Shown here piece after piece: positions 44,338 to 55,500 of a stretch of DNA of 64,000 nucleotides. The stretch is from the NCBI GenBank assembly GCA_963798845.1, contig CAWCUS010000002.1, positions 800,001 to 864,000 on the forward strand, written 5' to 3'. The notes under the pieces were generated by a model. The model saw only the letters and a program-made list of their open reading frames with translations. It searched no databases and was not told where the DNA came from. Position 1 is the stretch's first letter. The number at the start of each line of letters is the position of its first letter. This DNA comes from an uncultured Gemmatimonadales bacterium. Its GTDB lineage: Bacteria; Gemmatimonadota; Gemmatimonadetes; Longimicrobiales; RSA9. The position numbers and the translations under genes were made by a program.

Positions 44338-45338
44338 GCGGCGAAGCGGCGACTGCCGGAACCGTGCGGCCGCGACTCCCGCAGATCCAGGCGCCGGTCG
44401 CCCCCGCGCTGGACGTGGTGAGCGACGAGATCCGCCGCATCGTGCTCTCCGACTTCCCGCCCATCCAGGAGGTCAGCGACTACCTGGCGCTGGCGCGCGG
44501 AAAGCTGTTCCGCCCCACGCTCCTGCTTCTGGCGAACCGGGTCGGGGACGGTGGACACGAGCGTGCCCCCACGCTGGGGGCGGTCGTGGAGCTGGTCCAC
44601 CTCGCCACTCTCGTGCACGACGACGCCGTGGACCATTCGGTGCTGCGGCGCGGGATGCCCACGGTGAACGCGCTGTGGAACCACCAGTCGGCCATCATCA
44701 TGGGCGACTACCTCTACAGCCGCGCCGTCAGCGAGCTGGCCGCGTTCGGACGCACGGAGCTCATCGTGGTGCTGGCGGGGGCCGCCAACGAGATGAGCGT
44801 GGGGGAGATGCGGCAGCTGGTGTCCGCGGACGCGCTCGGCTTCACCGAAGAGGACTATTTCCGGCTCATCCGCTCCAAGACGGCCTCACTCATGTCCGCG
44901 GCATGCGAGCTGGGCGCCATGGCCGGCGACCAGCGGTACCGCGAGCCGCTCGCCCGCTACGGCCACTTCGTGGGCATGGCTTTCCAGATCGCCGACGACC
45001 TCCTCGACTACACCGCCACGGAGGAAGCCACGGGAAAGCCCACGGGGCACGATCTACGGGAGCACAAGATGACCCTCCCGCTCATCGCTGCCATGCGCGA
45101 GATGGATGCCGGCGCACGGCACGAGGTCCAGGCCTTCTTCGCCGACCCCGTTCCGGGCGATGACGGCATCCGCCGCGTCATCGACCTCGCCGGTCGGCAC
45201 GGCGGCCTCGACGTCGCCCGCGCCCGCGCCGATGAGTTCGGCGACCGGGCGGCCGAGGCGCTGGAAGAGGTGCCGGATTCCGCCAGCGCCGCCGCGCTGA
45301 GAGCGGCCATCACCTACGTCGTGGAGCGGAGGCGTTGA
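44334..45338 (+). CDS. Long-chain polyprenyl diphosphate synthase (IspB/HepT-like)
   Basis: GKLFRP, HDDAVD..LRRG, KTASL and FQIADDLLD motifs. Confidence 0.94.
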   Translation: MSGEAATAGTVRPRLPQIQAPVAPALDVVSDEIRRIVLSDFPPIQEVSDYLALARGKLFRPTLLLLANRVGDGGHERAPTLGAVVELVHLATLVHDDAVDHSVLRRGMPTVNALWNHQSAIIMGDYLYSRAVSELAAFGRTELIVVLAGAANEMSVGEMRQLVSADALGFTEEDYFRLIRSKTASLMSAACELGAMAGDQRYREPLARYGHFVGMAFQIADDLLDYTATEEATGKPTGHDLREHKMTLPLIAAMREMDAGARHEVQAFFADPVPGDDGIRRVIDLAGRHGGLDVARARADEFGDRAAEALEEVPDSASAAALRAAITYVVERRR

Positions 45339-45391
45339 ATGCCTTCGGCGATCGACGGGCCGTACCCCGTTCCGGGCTCGAGAAAGAGGGC

Positions 45392-45676
45392 ATGATGCTG
45401 GGTGGAGCGCGACGCAGGGCCGTCCCCCGACTCGTGTGGGCGATTCTCATCGGGCTGTTCCTCGGTGCGCTGTTCACGAAGCTGGCGATCCGCTACCTTC
45501 CAGACAGTGCCGGCCGGGAGTTCCTGACTACCTCGGTGTCCGCTTCCATCGGCCCTCTCGGGGTCGACCTGGTCGCCATCGCCTTCGTGATCGGGCCGCT
45601 GGTGCTGAATGTGAACGCATTGAGCGTGATCGGTGTACTGGTCATCTGGTTGGTGATGCGTTCGTGGTGGTTCTAG
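45392..45676 (+). CDS. DUF4321-like small membrane protein
   Basis: Two TM segments around 'FLTTSVSASIGP..VDL'; RBS upstream of ATG 45392. Confidence 0.65.
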   Translation: MMLGGARRRAVPRLVWAILIGLFLGALFTKLAIRYLPDSAGREFLTTSVSASIGPLGVDLVAIAFVIGPLVLNVNALSVIGVLVIWLVMRSWWF

Positions 45677-45693
45677 TAGAAAGGTGAGCAGCC

Positions 45694-45981
45694 ATGCCCT
45701 TCGGTGGTAGCGTCGGCATCTGGGAAGTGATCCTGATCCTGGCCGTCCTCCTCTTGGTCTTCGGGGCCCGCAGGCTACCGGAGATCGGCGGCGCCCTCGG
45801 GAAGGGGATCCGGGAGTTCAAGAGCTCGGTTCGGGACATGGAGGGGGAGTTCACCCGCTCCGCCATGAACACGAACCGTGAGCTGCCGCGCTCCGAAGCG
45901 CCGCGCCGGCCGGAAGAGCCAGCGCAGGCGCGCGAGGTCGAGAGCACGAAGGCCGACCCCGCCCAGACCAAGACCGAGTAG
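45694..45981 (+). CDS. tatA: Twin-arginine translocase TatA/E
   Basis: GIWE...LLVFGARRLPEIGGALGKGIREFK. Confidence 0.95.
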   Translation: MPFGGSVGIWEVILILAVLLLVFGARRLPEIGGALGKGIREFKSSVRDMEGEFTRSAMNTNRELPRSEAPRRPEEPAQAREVESTKADPAQTKTE

Positions 45982-46177
45982 CGGGTCGGCCCCCGAGGGG
46001 CATGGAACGGCTGCCACCGCCCGAAAGGCGGGTGGGAGCCACCCCTCGAAGGAGTCGATCGCAGGACCCAGCCCTCCCCGGGCAGCCGGCCGCCCGGGGA
46101 GGGCTTCCGTACGTCACGGGGGTCCGGGTCGATCGCCCGCGCGGCCGGCGGCCCTGGAGCGCTAGCCGCGCCGGAGG

Positions 46178-48001
46178 TCAGGCGGCCGCGTCGTCGGCCG
46201 CATTGAGGACCTTCTCGCGGTTGTCCACGACGGTGGCGTTGTCGCGGAGCGCACTGAGGAACTCGTCGAGGCGCTGGCTCCGGATGGTGCTGACCACCTG
46301 CTGCCGCTGCTGGGGCAGCTGCTCCTGCCATGCAGCGCGGTCCGCCGCCGTGCGGCTCGTCACCTGGATGACGTAGAATGCCTGTTCGGTCTCCAGGAGC
46401 CCGCTCGTCTGGCCGGTCTCCAGTCCGAAGGCGGCGCCGATGACGGCGTTGCTCGAGCCGATTCCGGGCACGTAGTCGTCGCGGGTGAAAGGCCCGGCCG
46501 TCCTCGCCTCCGCGCCCACGCTGGCGGCAGCGTCCTCGAGGGAAGCGCCGCCGGTGAGGCGGTCCACGACCTGGCGGCCGATGTCGCGGGTTCGCTCATG
46601 GCGCGCCTGCCGAAGGAGAATGCCGCGGATCGACGGGGTTGCCTCCTCGAGGGTGAGGGGGCGCTTGTCCTGGCGGTCCACCAGCTCCATGACGTAGAAC
46701 CGGCTCTGGTTCTCGAAAATCGGGCTGACGTCGCCGACCGGCGGCGCGTCATCGAAGACCCAGTTCACACCCTCGCTCACGTCGCCGACGCCGGGCAGCG
46801 TGGGGAGGACCGGGGTGAGCTCGGTGGTCCGGAGCTGGAGCCCGAGCTCCTGCGCGGCGGACTCGAGTGTCATGCGGCCGACCGTGGACTCGAGGGAGTC
46901 GACGCGGGCGAGGAGGGAGTCCTCGCTGTCCGGCGTGCGCTCGATCGGGATGAGGATGTGATCGACCTTGGCCGAATCGGCGCTCCGGCTGTCCACGCGG
47001 ATCAGGTGGTAGCCGAACGGCGAGAGCACGGGCTCCGTGATCTTGCCGACCGGGGCGCTCCACACGGCCTCGTCGAACGGGGGCACCGTCTGCCCCTTCT
47101 GGATCGTGCCGAGGGCGCCGCCCTGCGCGGCCGACCCCTGGTCCTGGCTCTCCCGGCTCGCCACCTGCGCGAAGTCGCCGCCGTTCTCGATCTCCTGGCG
47201 CACTTCCCGGGCGTGGGCCAGCGCCGCCGCGGTGTCCGCCGGAGTCGGCGTCTTGCTGATCGACGCAACCTTGACCTGCGCCCGCGCGGGCCGCTCGAAA
47301 TCGCTCCGGTGCGCATTGTAGTAGCTGGCGATGTCCCCGTCGTCGACCGTCACGGCCGAAGCCGGGACGAGCGCCTGCGGGTCCAGGGCGATGTAGCGGA
47401 CGGAGGCCGTCTCGTGCTCCTCCCGGTAGCGACGCCAGAGCTCGCCGTCCGTCACCACCACCGAGCCGGTGATCTCCTGGAACAGCTTGCTGCGCGGGAT
47501 CACGCGCCGATAGTACGACTCGAGATCGCGCAGCAGCTGCGGGTCCGCCTGGCCGGAGCCGAGGAAGCGGTGGTACTTCTCCAGATCGAACTGGCCATTG
47601 GTCTGGAAGGCTTCCGCGTTGTAGAAGTCCGGCGGCGGCGCGTAGCGTGCGGCTTCCTGAACCTCGCGGTCCGTCACGGTGATCCCGCGCCGCTCCATCT
47701 CGTGGGCGAGCAGCCGATCCATCACGATCTGGTTCCACGCCTGGTCTTCCAGCTGTTTGTTCTGGACCGACGTGATGGGCGTGTTCTGCTGCTGCTGGCG
47801 CTGGTCGTACAGCGTGCGGTACGCCTCGTTGAACTCCACGTACGTGATGGCGTCGCCGTCGACCTGACCCAGGTCCCCCTGGGCGTTCGCGCTGCGACCA
47901 CTCACGTCCATCCCCCACTGGAAGACCATGAGACCCACGAAGGCCAGTGCTGTCACCAGCATGATCCACTTCGTGTTCTCACGCATCTGCTTCATGACCA
48001 T
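46178..48001 (-). CDS. PpiD/SurA-like membrane-anchored parvulin chaperone
   Basis: N-terminal TM helix, SurA-N-like domain, parvulin motif DFAQVA...SQD.GSA.QGG.LG...SPFGYHLI. Confidence 0.9.
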   Translation of the reverse strand: MVMKQMRENTKWIMLVTALAFVGLMVFQWGMDVSGRSANAQGDLGQVDGDAITYVEFNEAYRTLYDQRQQQQNTPITSVQNKQLEDQAWNQIVMDRLLAHEMERRGITVTDREVQEAARYAPPPDFYNAEAFQTNGQFDLEKYHRFLGSGQADPQLLRDLESYYRRVIPRSKLFQEITGSVVVTDGELWRRYREEHETASVRYIALDPQALVPASAVTVDDGDIASYYNAHRSDFERPARAQVKVASISKTPTPADTAAALAHAREVRQEIENGGDFAQVASRESQDQGSAAQGGALGTIQKGQTVPPFDEAVWSAPVGKITEPVLSPFGYHLIRVDSRSADSAKVDHILIPIERTPDSEDSLLARVDSLESTVGRMTLESAAQELGLQLRTTELTPVLPTLPGVGDVSEGVNWVFDDAPPVGDVSPIFENQSRFYVMELVDRQDKRPLTLEEATPSIRGILLRQARHERTRDIGRQVVDRLTGGASLEDAAASVGAEARTAGPFTRDDYVPGIGSSNAVIGAAFGLETGQTSGLLETEQAFYVIQVTSRTAADRAAWQEQLPQQRQQVVSTIRSQRLDEFLSALRDNATVVDNREKVLNAADDAAA

Positions 48002-48050
48002 ACGACGACGACTCCTCGGATGAGCCAGACACTTGCGGCACAAGCTGCAT

Positions 48051-48079
48051 AAGATACCGCCGCGAGCGCCGCCCTTCAA
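48051..48079 (-). promoter_or_regulatory. Sigma70-type promoter of the PpiD/SurA-like gene
   Basis: TTGAAG-N17-TATCTT on the minus strand. Confidence 0.65.
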
Positions 48080-48135
48080 CGGGCGGTCGCGCCGGAACAG
48101 CTTCGCGCAACCCCGTACGGGTGCCGGGGTTCACG

Positions 48136-48165
48136 TTGACATGGTCGAGCGACGACCTCTATCTT
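48136..48165 (+). promoter_or_regulatory. Sigma70-type promoter of the TPR-aroQ-acc operon
   Basis: TTGACA-N18-TATCTT. Confidence 0.7.
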
Positions 48166-48213
48166 CCTCACCTCACCCGAGTTTTTTGCCTGCCGCGTCC
48201 CCAGGAGCCGTTG

Positions 48214-49713
48214 ATGTCCGACGCGCATCGCGAAGAGATCGCCAAGCTGGAAGCCCTCTACGCCGAGCATCCGGAGGGCCGGATCTTCACGCATCTGGCC
48301 GAGGCCTACCGGAAGTCCGGCCTGCTCGACCGGGCCCGGGCGGTACTCGAGGAGGGGCTGGCCCGGCACCCGTCGTACGCGAGCGCGCACGTCGTGCTGG
48401 GGCGAGTGCTGATGGACGAGGAGCGCTCGGAGGAGGCCGAGGCCGAGTTCCGTCGCGTGCTCGAGCTGGACTCCCACAACCTCGTCGCGTTGCGCTCGCT
48501 GGGCGACCTGGCCCGCGCCCGCGGCGACGAGGGAGCGGCGCTCGACTTCTACCGTCGGCTGCTGGACGTGGAGCCAGCGGACGCAGACGTGCGGGGGCTC
48601 GTCGAGTCCCTCGCTGCCGACCGCCCCGACGCGGCGGAGACGGGCGCCCCGCAGGAAGCCACGCCGTTCGAGGAGGGGGCGTGGTCGTTCAGCGAACCGG
48701 GCGCCGCGAGCGAATCGGGTGCCGGGTCCGGGGTCGAGCCGGGCACCGGGCTGGAAGGCGGGGCCGCTGCCAACGGCGCGCCCGAAGGATTCGAGGAGCC
48801 CGAGATGGGATCCGGGCCAGAACCGGAGTCGGAGCCCGAGCTGGCGACGCAGCCGCTGACCGGCTTCGAGCCGGGCCCTTCCTTCGAGGCCGTCGATACG
48901 GAGCCGTTCGAAGCGCTCGAGATCGACAGGCTGAACGCCGGCGGAAGCGGCGGCGACCCGGGCGCCGCGGACCTGGACACGCGCCTCGACACCGGGGAGG
49001 GCGAGCCCGGGGAGTCCGACGGCACGGAGGCGAAGCCGGGCGGGATCGAGCCCGCGCCCGAGTCGGAGCCGTGGTCGCTCGGAGGGTCGGACGACGAGGC
49101 TGCGGAGGACGCGCAAGCGCCGAGCGAGTCACCACCCGGGTTGATGACGGAAACGATCGCGGAGGTCTACGCGCGGCAGGGGCTGTACGACAGGGCGGCG
49201 GAGGTGTACCGGGAGCTGGTGCGCTCGCGTCCTGGGGAGGAGCGCCTGCACGAGCGGCTGGACGAGATGGAGCGACTGGCGCAGGAGACGCGGAAGTTCG
49301 CGCCGCCGCCGGACCCCGGCGCGTGGTCACCGTGGTCTCGCGAGGTCGACGAGGGGCAGGAGCGGACCGGGGCGGGGGCGGGAGGCAACCCGGAGGACAC
49401 GTCCGTCTGGACGGGCGCGGAATGGGGCGAGAGCCGTTCGGAGTCGCCATACTCGTGGGGCGAGGAGGCGGGGGAGGCCGACACGTCGCCGCCGATCCGG
49501 AGCTACGTTCGGTCGCTCGTGGAGTGGACCGGTGCCGAGACCCCGGGCCCCGGGGCGGCGGCCGCGGAGGATTCTTCGGAGACGGCCGGTCTCGAGGGCG
49601 GCGGGGAGGGCGGGGAGGGTGAGATGGATGCGTCGGCGGCGGACAGCGGCAGGGACGGCGGCGACGATGGCCTGGACACCTTCCGGGCCTGGCTCGAGAG
49701 TCTGAAGCAGTGA
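48214..49713 (+). CDS. TPR protein with acidic linker
   Basis: [10 protein letters not shown] TPRs, [12 protein letters not shown] motif, C-terminal [17 protein letters not shown]. Confidence 0.82.
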   Translation: MSDAHREEIAKLEALYAEHPEGRIFTHLAEAYRKSGLLDRARAVLEEGLARHPSYASAHVVLGRVLMDEERSEEAEAEFRRVLELDSHNLVALRSLGDLARARGDEGAALDFYRRLLDVEPADADVRGLVESLAADRPDAAETGAPQEATPFEEGAWSFSEPGAASESGAGSGVEPGTGLEGGAAANGAPEGFEEPEMGSGPEPESEPELATQPLTGFEPGPSFEAVDTEPFEALEIDRLNAGGSGGDPGAADLDTRLDTGEGEPGESDGTEAKPGGIEPAPESEPWSLGGSDDEAAEDAQAPSESPPGLMTETIAEVYARQGLYDRAAEVYRELVRSRPGEERLHERLDEMERLAQETRKFAPPPDPGAWSPWSREVDEGQERTGAGAGGNPEDTSVWTGAEWGESRSESPYSWGEEAGEADTSPPIRSYVRSLVEWTGAETPGPGAAAAEDSSETAGLEGGGEGGEGEMDASAADSGRDGGDDGLDTFRAWLESLKQ

Positions 49714-50150
49714 AGGTCGAGGTCCTGCACGGGCCCAACCTGAACCTGCTCGGGCGCCGCGAGCCCGGCGTGTATGGTCGTCGGACGCTCGAGCAGATCG
49801 ACGCGGCGATCCGCGGGGAAGCGGAATCGTTGGGCGTGGACGTGGACACGTACCAGTCGAACCACGAAGGTGCGCTGATCGACCGGATCCAGGGGTCGTC
49901 GGCGGACGGATTCGTGGTGAATGCGGGCGGGTACAGCCATACCAGCGTGGCCCTGCGGGATGCGCTGGCTGCGGTGGCCCGCCCGTTCGTGGAAGTGCAC
50001 ATCAGCAACGTGCACGCGCGGGAGTCGTTCCGCCGGGAGTCGATGCTGGCTCCGGTGGCGCTGGCGGTGGTGGCCGGATTCGGCGCGGACAGCTACACGT
50101 TGGCGCTGCGGGGCCTGGTCGGGCACCTTCGGAACTCGAGAGGGGAGTAA
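49710..50150 (+). CDS. aroQ: Type II 3-dehydroquinate dehydratase
   Basis: [22 protein letters not shown] and EVHISN..ARE.FR motifs. Confidence 0.97.
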   Translation: MKVEVLHGPNLNLLGRREPGVYGRRTLEQIDAAIRGEAESLGVDVDTYQSNHEGALIDRIQGSSADGFVVNAGGYSHTSVALRDALAAVARPFVEVHISNVHARESFRRESMLAPVALAVVAGFGADSYTLALRGLVGHLRNSRGE

Positions 50151-50154
50151 ATAC

Positions 50155-50835
50155 GTGGCGAGAGCACGAGCAGCGGCGACGGAGCCGGAGCCGGGCGAGG
50201 AGCAGCGGGAGCAGGAGGCGCAGGAGGCGCAAGAGGCGCCCAGGGCGCCCGCCCGCGAGCCGGCGCCGGGAGGGGCGACGCAGCCAATGGTGGATCTCGA
50301 ATTCGTGAAGGGCCTGATCGAGGCGGTGGACGCCAGCGGGATCGACTCGCTGGAGATCACGCGGGCGGGGACCCGCGTGAAGATCTCGAAGACGCCTCCT
50401 GGCGCTCCGCCTGCGCCCACGTACTTCTCGGCGGCACCAATGGCAGCCGCGCCGGCGCCGCACGCGATGGGGAACGCCGGGTCGGCGTCGGTGACCGCGG
50501 GCGGGAGCGGCAGCGGGGCGGGGGGCGAACGCGGGGGTGGAGAGGCGATGGGGGGCGGCGCGGTCGCGGAGCAGGCGGGCGGGAAGAGTGGTCTGAGCGA
50601 GGTGCCGTCGCCGATGGTAGGGACGTTCTACCGTGCGCCGGCGCCCGACGCGCCGCCGTACGTGGAGGTGGGGTCGCGAGTGAGCAAGGGCCAGACGCTG
50701 TGCATCCTCGAGGCGATGAAGCTCATGAACGAGCTGGAGTCCGAGGTGGAGGGCCTGGTGCGGGAGATCCTGGTGGACAACGCCGAGCCCGTGGAGTACG
50801 GGCAGGTGCTGTTCCGCATTGACCCGAACGGCTGA
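50155..50835 (+). CDS. accB: Acetyl-CoA carboxylase biotin carboxyl carrier protein (start 50155 or 50287)
   Basis: [16 protein letters not shown] biotinylation motif and VEYGQ. Confidence 0.96.
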   Translation: MARARAAATEPEPGEEQREQEAQEAQEAPRAPAREPAPGGATQPMVDLEFVKGLIEAVDASGIDSLEITRAGTRVKISKTPPGAPPAPTYFSAAPMAAAPAPHAMGNAGSASVTAGGSGSGAGGERGGGEAMGGGAVAEQAGGKSGLSEVPSPMVGTFYRAPAPDAPPYVEVGSRVSKGQTLCILEAMKLMNELESEVEGLVREILVDNAEPVEYGQVLFRIDPNG

Positions 50836-50844
50836 CGGCGGCGG

Positions 50845-52206
50845 ATGTTTCGGAAGGTTCTGGTCGCGAACCGCGGCGAGATCGCGCTGCGGGTGATCCG
50901 GGCGTGTCAGGAGCTCGGGATCCGGACGGTGGCGGTGTACAGCGAGGCGGACCGGGAGTCGCTGCACGTGCGCTTCGCGGACGAGGACGTGTGCATCGGG
51001 CCACCGCCCGCCCGTGAGAGCTACCTGAAGATCCCGCGCATCATGGCGGCGGCGGAAGTGACGGGCGCCGACGCCATCCATCCCGGCTACGGCTTCCTCG
51101 CCGAGAACGCGGACTTCGCGGAAATCTGCGAGCGGAGCGACATCGCCTTCATCGGCCCCACGGCGGAGCAGATCCGTCTCATGGGCGACAAGGCGGCGGC
51201 GCGCGATACGATGGTGCGGGAGAACATCCCTGTGGTCCCGGGCAGCCCCGGCCCTGTGGATGACCCGGAGATGGCGTTGCGGGCGGCCAGGAAGATCGGC
51301 TTTCCGGTGCTCATCAAGGCGGCCGCGGGTGGGGGCGGGAAGGGGATGCGGGTGGCGCCGGACGAAGCCACGTTCGCGAAGTCGCTGCAGGCTGCACAGA
51401 CGGAGGCTGCGGCGGCGTTCGGAGACAGCAAGGTCTACCTGGAGAAATACCTGGAGCGTCCCCGGCACGTAGAGATCCAGGTCTTCGGGGACACGCACGG
51501 CCGGGTGATGCACCTGGGCGAGCGTGAATGCTCGATCCAGCGTCGGCACCAGAAGCTGATGGAGGAGTCCCCGTCGCCTGCAGTGACGCCGAAGCTGCGG
51601 GAGAAGATGGGCGCGGCGGCCGTGCGGGCGGCCAGGGCGATCAACTACCGGGGTGCCGGCACCATCGAGTTCCTGCTGGACCAGGACGGCAGCTTCTACT
51701 TCATGGAGATGAACACGCGGATCCAGGTGGAGCACCCGGTGACCGAGCTGGTGACCGGATACGACCTGGTGAAGGAGCAGATCCGGATCGCCGCCGGCGA
51801 GAAGCTGTCGTTCCCGCCCAGGGGGCCTCTGAAGCTGAACGGTCACGCGCTGGAATGCCGGATCAACGCGGAGGACCCGGCGCGCAACTTCCAGCCCAGC
51901 CCTGGCCAGATCACGATCTGGCACGTCCCGGGTGGGCCCGGCGTGCGCGTGGACTCGCACGCGTACCAGGGATACCACGTGCCACCGTACTACGATTCGC
52001 TGCTGGCCAAGGTGATCGTCCACGGCAAGGACCGGCAGGAGTCGATCGTCCGCATGCGGCTCGCGCTCGAGTCGCTCATCGTCGAAGGAGTGAAGACGAC
52101 GATTCCGTTCCTGCTGAAGCTGCTGGAAGACCCGGCGATCATCGCCGGGAAGATGGACACGCGCTACCTCGAGCGGAGGATGGCGGCCGAGTCAGAGGGC
52201 GCGTGA
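50845..52206 (+). CDS. accC: Biotin carboxylase
   Basis: [35 protein letters not shown] and [10 protein letters not shown] motifs. Confidence 0.98.
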   Translation: MFRKVLVANRGEIALRVIRACQELGIRTVAVYSEADRESLHVRFADEDVCIGPPPARESYLKIPRIMAAAEVTGADAIHPGYGFLAENADFAEICERSDIAFIGPTAEQIRLMGDKAAARDTMVRENIPVVPGSPGPVDDPEMALRAARKIGFPVLIKAAAGGGGKGMRVAPDEATFAKSLQAAQTEAAAAFGDSKVYLEKYLERPRHVEIQVFGDTHGRVMHLGERECSIQRRHQKLMEESPSPAVTPKLREKMGAAAVRAARAINYRGAGTIEFLLDQDGSFYFMEMNTRIQVEHPVTELVTGYDLVKEQIRIAAGEKLSFPPRGPLKLNGHALECRINAEDPARNFQPSPGQITIWHVPGGPGVRVDSHAYQGYHVPPYYDSLLAKVIVHGKDRQESIVRMRLALESLIVEGVKTTIPFLLKLLEDPAIIAGKMDTRYLERRMAAESEGA

Positions 52207-52946
52207 AGCTCGACGTCTTCTTCACCCCGGGCGAGCTGGTCGGCTCGGAGCTCCCGAGGTGGGTCGTGGTGGTGGACGTGCTGCGCGCCACGAGCACCAT
52301 TGTCGAGGCGCTCGCCAACGGCGCGAAAGCCGTGTTCCCCGTGGACACGGCGGACGCGGCTGCGCGACTGGCGCAGAACGTGGGGCGCGACTCGGTGCTG
52401 CTGTGCGGCGAGCGGAAGGCGCTCCCGATCGAGGGGTTCGACCTCGGAAACGCGCCGCCCGAGTTCACCGCCGAGCGCGTGGCCGACCTGTCCCTGGTCA
52501 TGACCACCACGAACGGCACGCGGGCCTTCCTCGCCGTGGTGGAGCGGCGGGGCGGGTTGGTCGACACGGAAGCCACGGCCGTGCTGGCGGGCTCGTTCCT
52601 GAACCTGCGCGCCGTCACCCGCCGTCTCGCGGAGGACGGAGAAGCGGCCGCGGTGGTGTGCGCGGGGCGGGAGGGGCGGTTCGCGCTCGAGGACGCCGTA
52701 TGCGCCGGGGCTCTGGCCGAGGGCGTGGCCGCACTCGCGGGGGGGGTGACCACGAATGACGCGGCCGCGGCCGCGCGGGACCTGGCCAGCCGATACATGG
52801 ACGACCTGCCGCAGATGCTGGAACGGACGGCCGCGGGGCGCCATCTTGTGGAGGTCGGACATGGCGCCGACCTGGAGTTCTGCGCGCGGGTCGACCGCAC
52901 CGCCGTGGTTCCGCGTTTCCGCGACCGCAAGATCACGCTGGAGTAG
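52203..52946 (+). CDS. comB: 2-phosphosulfolactate phosphatase-family protein
   Basis: [26 protein letters not shown] and EDAVCAG motifs; GTGA overlap with accC. Confidence 0.9.
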   Translation: MKLDVFFTPGELVGSELPRWVVVVDVLRATSTIVEALANGAKAVFPVDTADAAARLAQNVGRDSVLLCGERKALPIEGFDLGNAPPEFTAERVADLSLVMTTTNGTRAFLAVVERRGGLVDTEATAVLAGSFLNLRAVTRRLAEDGEAAAVVCAGREGRFALEDAVCAGALAEGVAALAGGVTTNDAAAAARDLASRYMDDLPQMLERTAAGRHLVEVGHGADLEFCARVDRTAVVPRFRDRKITLE

Positions 52947-52947
52947 C

Positions 52948-55353
52948 ATGGCGTCCAAAGGCGATGAAGGGCTGCTGACGGAGGCGCAGCGGCGCGACCT
53001 CCTCGGGCTGGGGCTCGCGCTGCTGGCCCTGTTCGCCGCCCTGAGCCTGATCCCAACGACCGCCGTCGGGGGCGCATCCTGGGCTCCATCGGGCAACTTC
53101 ATGGGGGTGGTCGGGGCCGGCTTCCGCAGAGGCGGGGAGGCCGCGCTGGGCGCGGGCGTCTACCTCGTCCCGCTGATCCCGGCGCTGGGCGCCGTGGCCG
53201 CGTTCGACTTCCACCCCGGCGCCGCCCTGCAATGGACCATCCTGCTGGTGGTGGCGACGCTCCTCCTCCCGATCGCCGTGGCCGTCCTCACGCTCGGCCG
53301 CGACGACGTTCTCGCCCTCGCGGGCATCTGGGGCGTCTTCGTGGGGGCCCCCATGCTTTCCGCCCTCGGCGCCGTGGGGGCCATTCTCCTTCTCCTCTTT
53401 CTGGCCGCGGCCGCCAGTGTCGCCACGATCGGCTGGAACCCCGCCCGCTCCGCCGTGGGCGGCGCTTCGGCCGGGGCGCGCGTGCTGCGCGGGGCGGCGG
53501 CGTCCATCGACTCGGCCAGGATCACGGCCCCGATCCGCGGGCTGATGCGCCGGAGCGGCCGGTCGGCCGCGGCGCAGGCGGAGCTCCCGCCTGCGGCGGA
53601 GCTCACCGCGGCGGCGTCCGCGGAAGCCGCAGAGGCGGGCTCGGACACGCCGGCATCCGCTGCGTCGGCCGTGGAATCCCGAAGATCGCGGGGCAGGGGG
53701 CGGAAGACGGAGCCCGAGCAGGGGAGCGTCGCCCACGGGTTCCAGGGTCCGATGACCGCGGGTCCTCCCGCGTCGGCGCCGCCCATCCCGTTGCTGGAGG
53801 CGAAGCCGGAGCGGGATCCGACGCTGACGGAGCGGGAGCTGGATCGCCTCGCCACGGTGCTCGTGGAGACGCTGGAGACGTTCAAGGTCCAGGGCCAGAT
53901 CATCGGGCGAACCACCGGGCCGGTGGTGACGCAGTACGAGTTCGCGCCGGCGCCCGGGATCAAGGTGAGCCGTGTGGAGGCGCTGGACGCGGACCTGGCG
54001 CTGGCGCTCAAGGCGCCGAGCGTGCGCATCGTGGCGCCGATTCCCGGGAAGGCGGCCGTCGGCGTCGAGGTTCCGAACCCCGAGCCGGAGATGGTCTACC
54101 TTCGCGAGATCGTGGACGCGCCCGCGTTCCAGCGCAGCCGGGGTCAGCTGCCGCTGGCGCTCGGAAAGGACCTGGAAGGGCGGCCCCACGTGGCCGACCT
54201 GTCCAAGATGCCGCACCTGCTCATCGCCGGGGCCACGGGTTCGGGCAAGAGCGTGTGCATCAACACCATCATCACCAGCCTGGTCTTCCGGCACACCCCC
54301 GAGACGCTCCGCCTCCTGCTCGTCGACCCGAAGATGGTGGAGCTCAGCGTCTATGGAGACCTCCCCCACCTGCGCCACCCGGTCGTCACCGACCCGGAGG
54401 ACGCCGCGCTCGCGCTGCGCTGGGCGGTCTACGAGATGGAGCGTCGCTACGAGCTCCTGTCGCAGAACAGCGTGCGCTCGATCAAGGAGTTCAACGACCG
54501 CCTGCGGGAGGGGAAGCTGCTGCGACGCTCCGAGCCCGTGGGACCCGAAGGCGATCCGGACCGGTGGATCTACTCCGACGGTCCGCTCCCCTACGTCGTC
54601 GTGATCGTCGACGAGCTCGCGGACCTCATGTTGTCCGTGCAGTCCGAGGTCGAGCGGCCGCTCGCGCAGCTCGCGCAGAAGGCGCGCGCGATCGGCATCC
54701 ACCTCATCGTCGCCACCCAGCGCCCCAGCGTGAACGTGATCACCGGCCTGATCAAGGCCAACTTCTCGTGCCGGATCGCGTTCCGCGTGAGCTCGAAGGT
54801 AGACTCCCGCACCATCATCGACCAGAACGGCGCCGACGCGCTGCTCGGCAACGGCGACATGCTCTTCCTTCCGCCCGGCACCTCGGACCCGGTGCGCATT
54901 CAGGGCGCGTTCATCTCCACGGCCGAGACCGAGCGGCTCATGGGCTGGTACCGCGATCGGGAGGATGCTGGGGAGGGTCTCGGCGGCGGCACGGAGCGCG
55001 ACATCCTCGAGGTCGTCCGCGAGAAGGAGTACGAGGCCGCCGGCAACGTGGTCGAGGACGCGCTGGAGGACCGCGACGAGCTGTTCCGACAGGCCGCCGA
55101 GGTCTGCATCCAGCACGAGCAGGGTTCCACTTCGCTGCTCCAGCGACGACTCCGGATCGGCTACGGTCGCGCCGCCCGCATCGTCGACCAGCTCGAGCAC
55201 GCCGGTGTGCTCGGTCCCCCGGACGGCTCCAAGCCCCGCGAGGTCCTGGTCGGCCTCGCCGGCCTCGACCTGCTCTTCGCCGGCGAGTCCGACGACCCCC
55301 ACCACCCCGTCCCCGCCGGAGACCCCGACGCCCCGGCGGACCCGGAGCCATAG
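52948..55353 (+). CDS. ftsK: DNA translocase FtsK
   Basis: N-terminal TM domain, PHLLIAGATGSGKS, DELADLM, ATQRPSV and gamma-domain STSLLQRRLRIGY motifs. Confidence 0.97.
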   Translation: MASKGDEGLLTEAQRRDLLGLGLALLALFAALSLIPTTAVGGASWAPSGNFMGVVGAGFRRGGEAALGAGVYLVPLIPALGAVAAFDFHPGAALQWTILLVVATLLLPIAVAVLTLGRDDVLALAGIWGVFVGAPMLSALGAVGAILLLLFLAAAASVATIGWNPARSAVGGASAGARVLRGAAASIDSARITAPIRGLMRRSGRSAAAQAELPPAAELTAAASAEAAEAGSDTPASAASAVESRRSRGRGRKTEPEQGSVAHGFQGPMTAGPPASAPPIPLLEAKPERDPTLTERELDRLATVLVETLETFKVQGQIIGRTTGPVVTQYEFAPAPGIKVSRVEALDADLALALKAPSVRIVAPIPGKAAVGVEVPNPEPEMVYLREIVDAPAFQRSRGQLPLALGKDLEGRPHVADLSKMPHLLIAGATGSGKSVCINTIITSLVFRHTPETLRLLLVDPKMVELSVYGDLPHLRHPVVTDPEDAALALRWAVYEMERRYELLSQNSVRSIKEFNDRLREGKLLRRSEPVGPEGDPDRWIYSDGPLPYVVVIVDELADLMLSVQSEVERPLAQLAQKARAIGIHLIVATQRPSVNVITGLIKANFSCRIAFRVSSKVDSRTIIDQNGADALLGNGDMLFLPPGTSDPVRIQGAFISTAETERLMGWYRDREDAGEGLGGGTERDILEVVREKEYEAAGNVVEDALEDRDELFRQAAEVCIQHEQGSTSLLQRRLRIGYGRAARIVDQLEHAGVLGPPDGSKPREVLVGLAGLDLLFAGESDDPHHPVPAGDPDAPADPEP

Positions 55354-55500
55354 CCCCGTGTGACGGCCGCGGCGGAGCGAGAGATCGAAGCGCGGCGGGG
55401 GGCGGGCCGTCCGGAACGGCGGGCGGTGTGGCAGGGTAAGCGGGGGGGGCGGGGCCGAACGAGGGCCGACGGCACACCGGGAACGGGCTTACGGGGGCGC

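Noticed and set aside
52203..52946. Coenzyme M biosynthesis implied by comB
   Set aside because: ComB-family phosphatases are widespread in bacteria without CoM, and no comA/C/D/E genes are present here.
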